DNA of 64,000 nt from Lama guanicoe (Eukaryota). The position numbers were made by a program, and so were the translations under genes. Positions 11,961 to 23,970 of the stretch are shown here, piece by piece. The stretch covers positions 3,412,607 through 3,476,606 of the forward strand of contig MU053559.1 of the NCBI GenBank assembly GCA_013239625.1, read 5' to 3'. Positions within the stretch are counted from its first letter, which is position 1. Each line of letters opens with the position of its first letter. The notes under the pieces are model-generated. The model made no database searches, was not told where the DNA came from, and was given only the letters and a program-made list of their open reading frames with translations.

Positions 11961-12265
11961 TGGCTGGCGGAAGTTCTGAGTGCTGGGCTCAGAAGGAGGA
12001 TGGACCTGTTCTCATCTTACCTCTCAGGATCAGGCTTCCAGGTGTTGATCGGTGAATCAGATATGGTAACTGGAGACAAAAAGAGAGAGCTAGAAGAGAT
12101 TTGACCCCCTGCCCCGCCAGCTCCTCGTCCATGAGGGTAACTTTATTTCCATTAATAATAGTAATTTCTGGATTTTAGTTCCTCCCTCCTCCCCATTTAA
12201 AATCCTTTGACAGTTTCCCGTTGCCTCCAGGATAAATTCCCCAATCCTCAGATTTTGTAGATGGG

Positions 12266-12378
12266 TTTGTTGTTGTTGTTGTTGTTGTTGTTTTTTTTGA
12301 TCGAGGTTCTGGGGATTGAACCCAGGACCTCACACATGTTAAGCATGCGCTCTACCACGGAGCTACACCTTCCCCCCC
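12266..12378 (-). mobile_element. Vic-1-like SINE, short form, with a (GTT)n-expanded tail
   Basis: 'ctggggattgaacccaggacctcacacatgttaagcatgcgctctaccacggagctacacc'. Confidence 0.9.
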
Positions 12379-12844
12379 AAAGACTCCTCTTGATCTGAGC
12401 TCTGGCAACCTAGTCACTGAGCATGTCATCTCCCTGCTTTTTTCCCCTTGTCCTTTCACAGGACTGCTGAAGATGGACAAACAGGTTGTACACGGCGCCA
12501 TTGTGGAGGGCACCATGGTCACCCTTGTCAGTAGCATCCTCTAAGCTCAGAGCACACAACCTGAACCAGGCAGCCCTGCCCTACCCTTATCAGCAGCTCT
12601 CCAAAACACCCTGCTTGCTTATTCCCCCAGGGCCCGTATTCTTCCTGCTCGCTCTGCCTGGAAAGCAGAATTCACAGTGTCTGCCTATCTCCAACTCATC
12701 ACCTCCTCCAGGAAGCCTTTCCCCCTCCTCTGTTCCCTCATAGCATTCTGTGATATTCTGATCACACTACCCACCTCACTGTGCTGTAACGAAAATGATT
12801 TGGCTCTGTCTTCCTCTAGCATGGTAAACTGAATCAGCAATGGC

Positions 12845-13235
12845 CGCAACATGTGGTCTATCCATACAATGGAATGTTATTCAGCCTTAAGTGGGAAGGG
12901 AATTCTGACTCATGCATGGATGAACCTTGAAAGCATTATGCTAATGAAATAAGCTGGTCACAAAATCCTGTGTGGTCCCATGTGTCCGAGGTACCTAGAG
13001 TTGTCAAGTTCATAGAAACAGGAAGTAAAATGGCGGTTGCTAGGGGCTGAGGGGAGGAGGACAGGGGAGTTAGTGTTTAACTGGGATAGAATTTCCGTTT
13101 TGCAAGATGAAAAGAGTTCTGGAGATCGGCTGTACAACAACATAAATGTAATTAATGCCACTTAAACTGGACACTTAAAATGGTTTAGGTAGTAAATTTC
13201 GTGTTTTCAGTATTTTACCACAATTAAAGAAATTT
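12845..13235 (+). mobile_element. L1MB-like 3' end
   Basis: 'atccatacaatggaatgttattcagccttaa...gatgaaaagagttctggagat...ttttaccacaattaaa'. Confidence 0.88.
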
Positions 13236-13884
13236 TTAAATGGCTACCACAATATGTTGTATGCCGTATGTTCTTGTCAATCCACCATCACGTGGTGGAG
13301 TCTATCTCTATTCCCCTTGAAGCTGGGAAGGCCGCTGGGAACTGTCTTGGTAAAACAGAATGTGGGGGAAAGTGCTGATCTGTGGCCTTCTAGCTTTCCG
13401 AGGCTGGCTGGGTTGTAAAAGGGACCACAGCTTCTGCCTGGCTTTCCTGGGAAATGGGCCTTGGGATTCTGGAGTCGCATAGGTGAATCTGATGGGACTG
13501 ATTCACCAATCAACACCTGGAAGCCTCATGTAAGAAGTCTTGGCTATCTGGAGGCCACCAGGCTAGAGAGGCCACAAGGAGAAACCACGTAGGTTAGACA
13601 GATGTCCAAGGAGCAACAGCTGTCCCAGCCCACAGCTGTTTGAGTCTCCCCAGCATCAACCGCCAGATGTGTGAGTGAGTGAGCCTTGGATGGTTCGAGC
13701 CCTGAGCCTTTCCAGGTGGCCCAGCGAATGACTAGAGGAGATATGAGTCGTTGGTCCCTCTGAGCCCTACCCATGTTACAGTGTGACTGATTTGTCCCAG
13801 CTTTCCTGGGTCTTTCCTGGTTTAAACCCTGAAAGTCCCACATTCCAAGAGTCCCCTCCGTCCTGGGCAAACCAAGATGGTTGG

Positions 13885-14266
13885 TGTCGTGGGCTGAGTT
13901 GTGCCCCGCCCCTCCAGATTCATATGTTGAAGTCCTCACGCCCAGGACCTCAGAATGTGACTGGATTTGAAGACAGGGCCTTTAAAGAGATGATTCAGGT
14001 CAAACGAGGTCATTAGGGTGGGCCCTAATCCATTCTGATTGGAATCCTTATAAGAAAAGAAGATTAAGACACAGACATGCACAGACTGAGGGGTGACTAC
14101 GTGAGGACACAGCCAGAAGGCAGCCATCTGCAAGCCAAGGAGAGAAGTTTACAAAAAACCAACCCTGCCATCACGTTGATCTCAGACTTCTAGTCTCCAG
14201 AATTGTGAGAAAATAAACCTCTGTTTGTTTAAGCCACCTGGTCTGTGACATTTGCAAACTAACGCG
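13885..14266 (+). mobile_element. MaLR solo LTR (MLT1B-like)
   Basis: 'tgtcgtgggctgagttgtgcc...agattcatatgttgaagtcct'; TSD GTTGG / GTCGG. Confidence 0.9.
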
Positions 14267-14275
14267 GTCGGTCCC

Positions 14276-14651
14276 TGTTACAGACTAAATGCTTGAGCCC
14301 CTCCTACTCCGATCCATATGTTGAGGCCCTAACCTCTGATGTGATGGTGTTTGGAGGTGGGGACTTTGGGAGGTCATTAGATTTAGATGATGTCATGAGG
14401 GTGGGGCCCTTATGGTGAGATTCGTCCCGTAGAAAGAGGAAGAGGCCGAGATCTCTTTTTCCCGGGGCACACACAGGAAAAAACCACGTGAGGACACAGT
14501 GCAAGCCATTAAGAGGGTCCTCACCAGGAACCAACTCTGCCAGCACTTTGATCTTGAACTTCCAGCATCTAGAACTATGAGAAAGAAATTTCTGTTGTTG
14601 AAGCCACCCAAATAATGGTATTCATTAGGGCAGCCTGAGCTGACTCAGACA
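14276..14651 (+). mobile_element. MaLR solo LTR (MLT1A/A0-like)
   Basis: 'tgttacagactaaatg...catatgttgaggccctaacc...gagctgactcagaca'; TSD GTCCC / GTCAC. Confidence 0.9.
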
Positions 14652-15949
14652 GTCACCCTGGCTGTTCTTATATTGAAGCCCTAAGTTTTGGGGCTGGTTT
14701 CTCACGTAGCAGCTGATAACCAGGCCAACCTGACGATGGACTCCTTGAGGGGAAGGGTCATATTTTTCATTATTATATTCCCGGCACTTCACTTCATGCA
14801 TAAATATCCTTTTTTTTTCTTTTCAAACGTCAGAATGACTGGCTGAGTCACTGAATACATTGGGGCGGGGGGACTTTGACTGTCCCAAATGGGCAGCAGC
14901 TTAGATGAATTATGTAACGAGGTTTTAGAATGTCTGAGTACATAAAGCTATGTAACAAAACGATTGCCTTTAGCAGGTTAACCTCATCCTTTTCCTTCTG
15001 GTGAGCCCAGGCAATATGATTGCTTCTACCTCTGCAATTGCTCAGTGGCCCAAATGTAGTTACCAATCAGACCTTTTGCTTATTTCATCTCCCACCCGGC
15101 AGGGACCATCGGAACATATAAAAATCATCCTGGCTTACATCTGCTTCCCCCATCATCACTGGCTGGGATTTTGGGCCATTATCTGTCTGTAATGATGATG
15201 CGCTCTTCTCTCCATCGTGTCCAGATTTATTGACTTTGAAAGTTTTGGATCCTTCTTGCTAAGGATGAACCTCCCGGGTTTACAACTCCTCACCCAGGTC
15301 TCAACTCAGAGTCACCAGCAGCTCTTCAGCACACGCTGTTTAGGCTGCAGGTGTACTTTGCTAGTAAAATAAACACCCGATTCACATATGCGTGCGATCC
15401 GGAATATTACCCAGATGTGGAGATGAATACAATGCTGTTATCTGTGGGAAAAGCACATTAGCTGCTGCGATGGGCAGAGGCCCTGGACAGAGTTGATGTG
15501 CAGCCTGGAGTGTGACGTGCTGGGGTGGTGAATGCCAAAAGGCCACACCAGTGGATCCCACCCCCGAGCTGCAGCTTGACTCGGTCATTGCTGCAAGATT
15601 GTTGATTTAAGGATAAACAATCTAGATTAAAAGAAAAAAAATCCCACAGCTCTCTGCCCAGTTTGGAGCTGGACTCCATTTGCGGTCTCAGGAGGTTGAT
15701 AGTAGAATTGTCTTGGTCCCAGCAGACAGCCTATGGAACACCAAGTCCCCTCACTTCAGTGCTATCTGTTTCCGGTCAATGCACGACCACCTGAACAGAG
15801 GGCGACAGTGTGGGCGTGGGGATGGTGACAAGGACAAGAGGGGCTTTCTGGGACTTGCCCAGCTCCCAACTCAGCAGTGTCATGTCAGAGCCCCCAGTCT
15901 CCCAACTTGGGAGTGAGGAGGCAGCAGCTGAGAAAGAGAAGGTAATTTT

Positions 15950-16369
15950 TAAGTTCTAAATATTTTATTGAAGTATAGTCGACAAACAGAAAAGTACCTA
16001 AATTATAAATGTACACATCGATACATTTTCAGAACACAGAACACACTCACATAACCAATACCCAGATCAAAAATACAAAGCAGGACCTGCAACATCCCAG
16101 AAGCCCCCTCAAGCTCTCCACTCCCCATCCCTGAGGGTGACCTCTACCCTGACATCTAACGGTATCAGGAAATTTCATCTGTTTGAGGGACCTTATATAA
16201 ATTCAATCGTCAATATATACCCTTTCTTTGGTCTGGTTTCTATTGCTTAATATTATATCAGTGAAATTCACCAATATGTTTGTGACGTTATAGACCATTC
16301 ATTTGCATGGTCGTATAGTATTCCTTTGTGTGACAACATCGCAATTTATTTATTCATTCTGCTGTTGAT
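15950..16369 (-). mobile_element. L1ME-like 3' end
   Basis: 'ttttattgaagtatag...aaaagtacctaaattataaatgtaca...cccagatcaaaaata...aatttatttattcattctgctgttgatg'. Confidence 0.8.
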
Positions 16370-16470
16370 GAGATGCTTCTAAACATCCTACTGTGCACAG
16401 AACAGCTCCCACCACAAAGAATTATCCAGACCCAAGTGGCAATCATGCTAAGTTGAGAAACCGTATTCTA
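16370..16470. mobile_element. MER20-like hAT-Charlie fragment
   Basis: 'gatgcttctaaacatcctactgtgcacagaacagctcccaccacaaagaattatccagaccc...gttgagaaacc'. Confidence 0.85.
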
Positions 16471-17248
16471 CGTAAATTCCCATGGAGAGCAGAAGCCTGC
16501 ATGATCTCTGTAAAAGTCCGAGGCTTCGTCTCAGCCGACTCTCTTGATCAGGATAACTGGATGATGAATTATAATTTTGAGCAAGGACGTTTCTCCTGCC
16601 TTCTGGAGACTGAAGGTGATATCTCCTTTACCTCTTCACCTCCCCAAAGAAGTAATCTACATGTCGGAAAAATTCACTTTCCTACCTATGTCAATGTCCA
16701 ACCCATGTCAGAACCTCGGAACAGAAATTGGGTGACATGCCACTGTCCACCTCCCTGAGTTGGGATCAAGTCCCACAGCATGGAAAATGAAGTATAATCA
16801 CCTTGAATCAATGTCTCCTTTCATATGAAATTCGAAAAGTTTAAAGAATTTTTTTCTCACTGTATCACTGGGTTCATTTGTGACCTGCTGTTGGACTTTT
16901 ATGTGATTATCTCCTAGATGGAGAGATAGAGAAAGTCTACACCCAGTAAAGTGAAATGCCTTGAAGATTGATCTGGGCTGTCTTGGACGGCTTGACATCT
17001 CTGCCCCAGAATTTTACAGCACACATTCTCTGAATCACTCACCGAATTGAGATGCTGGTTTATAATAACACTTAAATGTATCACATGTTTATATTTTACA
17101 TCCCAAGGAGAATGGTCCTTAAGAGCAGGGATCCTGCCATTTAGTTTTTGGGTAACATCCCCCAACCCCCACATACACCCATGTCTAGCAGAGTGCTATG
17201 TGCATCTTAGGAGCTCAGGAAATGATTGTGAAAGGAAATGAAAGACAT

Positions 17249-17302
17249 GGAGGGAGGGGGAGGAGGAGGGAGGGAAGGAAGGAAGGAGGGAAGGGAGGGA
17301 GG
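17249..17302. repeat. Pure-purine (GGA/GGAA/GGGA) low-complexity tract
   Basis: Directly visible. Confidence 0.9.
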
Positions 17303-17814
17303 CTTGATGTGGGCCCTGATAGAGCAGAATCATGTAACTGTAGTGACGTATTGATGTTCTACAATGTGTCTGAACATCCAGGAAACAGGAGATAAACTTA
17401 TTATCAAGCGGTATGTTAGCTACATTTTCAAATGTTTCCACACTTTCTGCAGTGTCCTTATTTATAAATTTATAAATGTGTATTTATAAATACACTCTTT
17501 TCTCTGTGTTTCCAGACATTTTAGGCTTTCTGTAATATAGTTATTGTCACATATTGAATATTTTATATATATAAAATATTTTTATATATAATTTTTTATA
17601 TATGTATAACTTTTTTCAGAAGGAAATATTAGACCTATTGCTTTGAATTTAAGGGTATTTCATCTTAGAAGATTTCTGAAATTTGAAAAAGATGTACTGA
17701 ACATATTATTTGAAATAGAAACTAACATATTGTACAAATCTACATTTATCCTGTAGGTTCTTGATTTTTTTTCTCTTGAATATTCTGTGTTAAAGAGTTA
17801 GAAAAAAAAAACCT

Positions 17815-17960
17815 GGGGGTGGAGGATAGAGGTCAGTGGTAGAGCGCGTGTTTAGCATGCACGAGGTCCTGGGTTCAATCCCCAGTACCTCCACTAAAAA
17901 AAAAAATAAATGAAAAGTAAAAAATAAAAAAATCTAATTACTTGACTCACAAAAAAGTCC
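17815..17960 (+). mobile_element. Vic-1-like SINE, long-tail form
   Basis: 'cagtggtagagcgcgtgtttagcatgcacgaggtcctgggttcaatccccagtacctcca' plus an A-rich tail with 'ctaattac'. Confidence 0.92.
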
Positions 17961-18054
17961 CCAAAATTTAAAAGAAAAGAAAACAATCTGAGTAATCGGT
18001 GATGACGTCAAGGTTTGGGTGGTACTTGTTCCAAGGAGACCATCTGCTGAAACA

Positions 18055-18206
18055 GAGCTTCCAGGGACCCCTACGTTGGAGCTACCGGGGAGGCTTATTA
18101 AAAAAGCATGTTTCTGGGCCCTACTCCAGACTGGCTAAAGCAGAGCCTCAGAATCTTCATTTTCAGCAAGTTTCCCTGGCGATTCTTGTGCACCCAAGAG
18201 TCACTG
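18055..18206. mobile_element. MER5-like hAT-Charlie element
   Basis: 'ggggaggcttattaaaaaagcatgtttctgggccctactccagac...cattttcagcaagtttccctggcgattct'. Confidence 0.7.
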
Positions 18207-18454
18207 TGTAAAAAGCAACAGATTTTATAAGTCCCCAATGCCACGCATGACACGTGCAGATGCGTGGTGAGTGGCAGACTCAATAAGACCCTTTGTAACG
18301 GAGGCCAACAAATAAAAAACCGCCAAGTGCAGAACTGCCGTGGGCATTGGCAACAGCCGGCTCAGAGCCAGGAGCATCCTTTTGGAGCTGCTTTTATGAG
18401 AAGGGGGAATTTGCAGTTTGGTTCCTGGAGGAATTGCCTTGTAATAATCATTAT

Positions 18455-18700
18455 AGTAATAACAACAATCATCAAATAGCTGGCAGCCATTGAGTGCTTA
18501 CTAAATGGTAAAGGGTGTCCTCACTATATCACGCGCACATGTATCTCATCCTCCCAGTGCCTCTAAAAGGTGGGTTCAATTATTATCTCCATTTTACCGA
18601 TGAGAAAAATGAGGCACAGACAGGCGTTTAGCTCACCTATGTTCACACAGCCAGAGAGAAGCAGACGTGGGGCTTCACATTCGAGGGCAGACCGACCTCA
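18455..18700 (-). mobile_element. MIR SINE
   Basis: 'cattgagtgcttacta...attatctccattttaccgatgagaaaaatgaggcacaga'. Confidence 0.85.
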
Positions 18701-18989
18701 GTGTGACCCCTGAACCAGACAGTGTTTGTTCTTCTGAGCCAAGTGAAGAATTTGGATTTCTAAAGACAGCAATTGAGAGGCAATTGCTTTGATTGCTCCT
18801 TCTATAAATGAATAATGTGAAATAACTAAGCTTCCACATATGCCAGGCACTGTTCTAAGCCCTGGGTGTAAAGAAATGAGCAAAGCAGCGTGTCTCTGAC
18901 CTCAAGTCACTCACGGTCCTTAAGGAGGAAGGCCCGTGGCCCATCACCAGATGTGTCCACATGAGCTTGCAGCTCCTGTTTGTGCTGCT

Positions 18990-19470
18990 GTGAGCAGGGG
19001 TGGAGCAGAGAGTCCGGCCTGGGCAGGGAAGGCCAGGAGTTTGGACAGGGCGTGGCAGGAATGGCTTATCTCTCTGCTCTCTGATGTCTGGGGCGTCACC
19101 TGGGATGGCTTGAAGGCTGGGGCTGCCGTCATCTGGAGAGGTCTTCACTCACCCAGTTGGAGCCTGGGCTGAGATGCCTTGAAGGCTGGGCTCAGCAGAG
19201 TTGTTAACCGAGGCCCCTACATGTGGCCTCTCTACGTGACTCCGGCTAATCAGAGCAAGACAGCTGAATTCCAAGGGGGAGCATCCCAAGAGGGTCATCA
19301 AAGAGTGAATGTTTCAGAAGAACCAAGCACAAGCTGTATGGCCTTTTGGACCCAGAATTGGAAATGATCCAGTCCTGCATTCACCTGGTCCATTGGTCCA
19401 AATACTCATCAGCCTGTCCAGGCTCAAGGGGGAAGGGTCAGAGATGTCACTCCTCAATGAGTTGCATTTC
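18990..19470 (-). mobile_element. Old MaLR LTR (MLT1G/H-like)
   Basis: 'ggagtttggacagggc...gatgtctggggc...catctggagaggtcttcactcac...cctacatgtggcctctc'. Confidence 0.7.
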
Positions 19471-19504
19471 ATGAATATTCATGGTTTAAAAGGGGAGTTT
19501 GCCA

Positions 19505-19675
19505 ACACAGTCGTACTGTATAGCACAGGGAACCATATTCAATAGCTTGTAATAACCTACAATGAAAAAGAGTGTGGAAAAGAATACATATATATGAATA
19601 TCTATGAATCACTATGCTGTAACCCAGAAACTAACACAACATTGTAAATCAACTATACTTCAATTTTTTAAAAAA
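19505..19675 (+). mobile_element. Short L1 3' tail (lineage-specific)
   Basis: 'tactgtatagcacagggaaccatattcaatagcttgtaataacc...aacattgtaaatcaactatacttcaa'. Confidence 0.9.
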
Positions 19676-19839
19676 GTCGGAGTGGGGAGTTTTCTAACCA
19701 AGAGGAATGACTCTTTAACTCTGGACATTTATTTGCTATATTTGACAGCTCAGAGGGTCTTTCTTTCTTTCTTTGTTTTTTTTTGTCTTGTGCTGTACCC
19801 ATTAGCCATTTTCAATTGTCCAATAGATTTGACTGGTGG

Positions 19840-19975
19840 AGGAAAACATCTCAGGGCTCGTGTTACTTCCTCAGATGAATCAGAATTCAGGAGGTGAGAT
19901 CCAGCAATGTGTATTTTAACAAAGGCTCCAGGTAATTTTTGTGTGAACTAAAGCCTGAGGAACACATTGTGCTCT
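19840..19975. mobile_element. MER5-like fragment
   Basis: 'gaatcagaattcaggaggtgagatccagcaatgtgtattttaacaaaggctccaggtaatttt...aaagcctgaggaacacattg'. Confidence 0.7.
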
Positions 19976-20305
19976 ACAGCATGGAACTCCAGAAAGGCTG
20001 AAGAATTGAAGATCTCATGTTACATCATGAGACTCTCGCTTCTTTTCTCTCTCCTACCTCGAGGGTGCCACCCTCCAGGCTCACGTTCCCCCATTCTTTC
20101 CACTCTTTACTGCCTTTGTCTTAAGGGTGGAATATTAGACGATTCCTTCTCAAGAAATTGAATGAAACAGCTAGGGTTTTGCTGCCTACAATGAAGGCTA
20201 CCAGTTGACAACTGTTACCCTTATAAACAGGACCTCCAATCAGCTTTGCTCTGTTAAATATGGATGGACAAAAATAAATAAATAAATAAAGTATATATAC
20301 TCTAC

Positions 20306-20339
<34 letters not shown>

Positions 20340-20344
20340 AAGGA

Positions 20345-20690
20345 AAACCAGACAGCCCAGGATTAGCAGACATTTGGAGAAAGCTACCCAACAAAAGACA
20401 GAGATCAAATAAGCAAACTCAAGGAATGAAGGGACCTAGAGAAAATTCAGGGCACAGAGAAAACTTCAACAATAATAACAATGAAAAACTCTAATAATAA
20501 AATTAATGCTCCTGAATATATGACACTGAATTCATGAATCAAGAACATGACATGATAAAATAGAACAAATGAAGATTAAGTACAAATTCTTGGAAATGGA
20601 AATAGGGTGCTTATGAGTTTTGGTGGAGGGTTGCAAGATAAAGTTGAAAATAATTTTCCCAGAAAATTGAAAGTTAAAAAAAATTAGATG
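20345..20690 (+). mobile_element. HAL1 / ancient L1 ORF1-like fragment
   Basis: A-rich, with 'ccaggattagcagacatttggagaaagc' and 'aattcttggaaatggaaat...gagggttgcaagataaagttgaaaat'. Confidence 0.5.
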
Positions 20691-21934
20691 GAAAGCACAT
20701 TTCTCCAGCCTTGCCGCTTCCCCCCCAAGGTGGGCCTGGTATTCAGCCGGTATTAAGGTGAGAGCAACCTTTGTCCAGTACCTATATGTGCCATGCACTG
20801 AGCCTGCATGGGGCGTGTCTGACAGATCTAGGGCGCTAATACAGTGATCTGAAGCACTCAGACAGAAATCCCTGAGAGTGAGGGATTGTGCTTCCCTAGA
20901 AGAGCTCACTGAGTCAATGGCATGCCGAGACTCCATCCAAGGTGGGCTCCCAAAAGCAAGACCAGTGCCAATCAAGAGCTAAACTGATAAGAGTTAAGGG
21001 GGAGCAAGAGATTTTAGGTTTCGTTTTATTGCCTCCTTCCATCCATCCAAGAAGAAGGGGGAAAGAAAAACAGATGAGAGATGAGGAGAAGGCCAAAAAA
21101 GAGGGCTAAGTCATGTATTTGACAGCTGGAGTTACAGTTAACAAAATGGCGATGGAAGTTTGTAGGTGCAAGGTGGCAAATAATTTGATTTTAAGTATGT
21201 GAATTGCTGCAGGGTAAACCTGCCCTTTCTCCCCAGATCATCTGTAATAAAATCTGCTACACACACATGACCTTGCATGAGTGGCTTGATTTTTGGGTGT
21301 GTAAGAACACACTGGGAAGAGCAGGGGTGATCTATGTTGCGCATACAGTGGGGAATCCGGAACAGGACTAATTCAGGAGGTAGAAGAGCTTGCGGCCAGC
21401 CATGGCTGGGACAAACATTAACCATCCCCCTCCCTTTATCCCCAACCCCTCTTCAAGTCCCCAGAGAGACTAGGAGAGCCTGGGGATCCTCTGCACACAC
21501 CGGATGCAGTTGGAACAAATGTTGTTGGAAACTCTAGGGCAGGGTTACTTTAGCTGACATCGCTGTTACATGAACACAGTTTCATTCATGTTTATGATAA
21601 ATCTGCAAGTTAGTCATTATGGTCGTGATTTTTCAGAAGAGGAAGCTTAGAGCCTTTATAATGGAGGTTAGAAAACTTACCCCAGTTGCCTCAGTTTTAA
21701 ATGGCTGAGCTGGGATTCAGAGCCAGGCCCCATTGGTTCCAAAGCTCATGCTTCTCCCATTACACCACGCCCCACCGCAATGAAGGATGTGCCAAGTTCA
21801 AGTCCTTCACCCCTTTGCTGAGGGCGCTGTACTACCAAACTGCTGGCTTTGATTGGGCTGAAAAAACTCTAGCGTGCAGTAGCGTTTGGTCTAAGGGTTA
21901 GTGTTTATCTCTGACATTTCCTGATTGCTTGAGG

Positions 21935-22111
21935 CTTTTCCTTCTCTCTTCCTCCTCTTTCTCCTCCTCTTCCACCTTCCCTTTCTCCTCCTCCCTCTCC
22001 TCCTCCCACTCCTTCTTTAACCCTTCCCCCTCCTCTCCCCTCCTTTCCTCTCCCCTCGCCTCCCACTCCCCTCCCCACCCCATCGTCACCCTCCTCATCA
22101 TCTTCTTCTTC
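21935..22111. repeat. Polypyrimidine (CT/CCT) low-complexity tract
   Basis: About 175 bp of almost only C and T. Confidence 0.95.
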
Positions 22112-22577
22112 TATTCTGAAACTTATTCTGTTTCCTTCCATAAGCAAGAAAGCATGAGCTATAGACAGCCTCATTTGTTTTAACTATGATGGAGGAGCCC
22201 TGGGAAGTTAATCAGACTGCCAGGAATCTGGAATTTGTTGATGAATGGACGTTTGGCTGAGCATAGTAAATTCTCAGCTAATTGAAAGCAGATAACAACA
22301 GTAATGCATCCACCTTGAAAAACATCACATTCCTAATAAATAAGTGGAAATGGCAATCTCTTGACATATGAACTGAGGGGATAAAGTCTTAAATAAATTC
22401 CGGACTAATCCCTGTCTCATATATTATACTGTATTTAGCAGTCATGCCATATGAGAAGATTAAAAGCTATAAATCTCTTTGCAAGACCATCTCGGGCAGT
22501 GTTTTCAACCCAGAGTAAATAGGAGTGGGGTTCTTAGAAGGCCTCCGAGAATATTGACTTCCGTGGGTTTGAAGTCG

Positions 22578-22610
22578 CGTGTGTGTATGTGTGTGTTTGT
22601 GTGTGTGTGT
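22578..22610. repeat. Imperfect (GT)n microsatellite
   Basis: Directly visible. Confidence 0.9.
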
Positions 22611-22739
22611 TTTGGGTGGGTGGGGGGTGGCTCCTCTCTTCCTTCATCTGAGCCCAGAGTCAGAAGAAACAGGTATTTGAAGAGTACCAGGAGTCACCCG
22701 GGTCACCTGGCTGCGTCTTCCAGGAAGTTCTTGGGAATC

Positions 22740-22886
22740 CCAGTGTGATCCATGGATATCACCTGGGAATTTGCCAGAAATGCAGAATTTCAGGCCTCAT
22801 CCTGGACCTACCGAATCAGTCTCTCCATTTCAATAGGCTCTCCAGGTGATCTGTGTGCACATTAAGCTTTGAGGAGTGTCGCTCTA
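22740..22886. mobile_element. MER5A-like hAT-Charlie element
   Basis: 'atcacctgggaatttgccagaaatgcagaatttcaggcctcatcctggacctaccgaatcag...ccaggtgatctgtgtgcacattaagctttgag'. Confidence 0.85.
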
Positions 22887-23424
22887 GTGTTCAACCCAGG
22901 ACAACCCTAGGTAACTTGAGTGGTAGCGGAACCAACTGGATTGATCCAGGATTGATTTCATCCCAGGCTCTGGGGTCAGCCTAATCCTCAGAAAGACCTT
23001 TATTTTCCTCCTTGCTTGGCCTAGGAGCTGGACCCTGCCTCTTGCTTGTCCTGCCGCCTTCCTCCTACTCCCTAGTTCAGTCTCAATCTGGGGCCCCAGA
23101 CTGGGACCTATTTCCTCTGGATTGGCAATCCCTCCTTCGCCAGGCCACCCCTTAGTCTCCTGGGGACTGCAGCCCTGCCCAGGGCTAGCTCAGACCCATG
23201 CACCTGTGGGTCCTTGCCTGCCGTCAGCTTCTTCCAACAGTACTCACCCGCCCGCTCAGTGAGGCCAGGGTGCTGTGGCGGTAGGGGAGCCCACATGGAG
23301 GCTACTGAAGGAGGGAGCAGAAAATCTCTAACATCTGTCCCTGCTCTGGCATCTTTTTAGATTTCTGGTTAATGCAGACTTTACATTTCTGAAGGCAGTT
23401 ACTTTTAAGAAAGGTGTTTTAGCC

Positions 23425-23970
23425 ATCATTTCTTGTGCACCTACTGTGTGTTTAAGTCCACCAGCAGAAGATACTTTTCTTGTATTATCTCATTCATTAC
23501 TCACAACAGCTGAAGGAGATATGCATTTTTAATCATTTTCTTGAAATATACTATATAGTAAATTGCACAGATCTTAAACATACAGGTGGATGAACTTTGA
23601 TGCATGTATCCAGGTGGGCAGCCCCACCCCAATCAAGATTCAGACCATTTTCATCACCACAGAGGGTTCTCTTCTCCTCCTTTTCAGTCAATTCTCTCCA
23701 CTCTAGAGGCTACTACTATTCTGACTTCTATCTCCAGAGATTCATTTGGGCTCTTCTGACAGTTCATATAAATGGAATCAAGCAGTGTGATATTCTTTTT
23801 GTGTCTTTTTTTGCTCCACATGAGGTCTGTGGGAGGCATTCATGTTGTGTGTATTACCAGCTCCTGGTGAGATATTTTAATCCTCACGTTACCTGTGAGT
23901 AAATGGAAGATTGGAGAGATTGGTGAGTTTGCCCTGGTCACATGAGAAGGGCCAGAGCTGGTGTTAGAAA
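23425..23970 (-). mobile_element. MIR split by an L1ME-like 3' fragment (about 23530-23860)
   Basis: MIR 'gtgcacctactgtgtg...tgtattatctcattcattactcacaacag' resumes near 23870; L1ME 'aaattgcacagatcttaaacatacag...catataaatggaatca'. Confidence 0.7.

Larger units (their letters stand above)
13779..14660. mobile_element. MER81-like hAT-Blackjack MITE (split)
   Basis: Left TIR-like 'cagtgtgact'; body 'tttgtcccagctttcctgggtc...ctgaaagtcccac...cctgggcaaaccaagatggttgg'; right TIR remainder 'gtcaccctg' at 14652-14660. Confidence 0.8.
13238..14730 (+). mobile_element. Old MaLR LTR (MLT1G/H-like) hosting MER81 and two younger MaLRs
   Basis: 'gtggagtctatctctattccccttgaagctggg...aacagaatgtgg'; 3' end 'aagccctaagttttggggctggtttctcacgtagcagctgataacc' at 14675-14725. 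Confidence 0.75.

Noticed and set aside
12435..12545. Splice acceptor (polypyrimidine then CACAG at about 12457-12461) starting an exon
   Set aside because: It lies among L2-like pyrimidine-rich sequence, has no strong donor and no recognisable peptide; not supportable without RNA data.
17815..17895. tRNA-Ala(AGC) gene (also at 9.5, 12.3, 24.0, 49.2 and 56.7 kb)
   Set aside because: The copies are divergent with broken stems, carry A-rich tails and in some cases TSDs, and lack an adjacent oligo-T terminator. They are SINEs.
21898..22183. Glu-rich, Ser-rich and Gly-rich ORFs
   Set aside because: They are translations of the polypyrimidine low-complexity tract.
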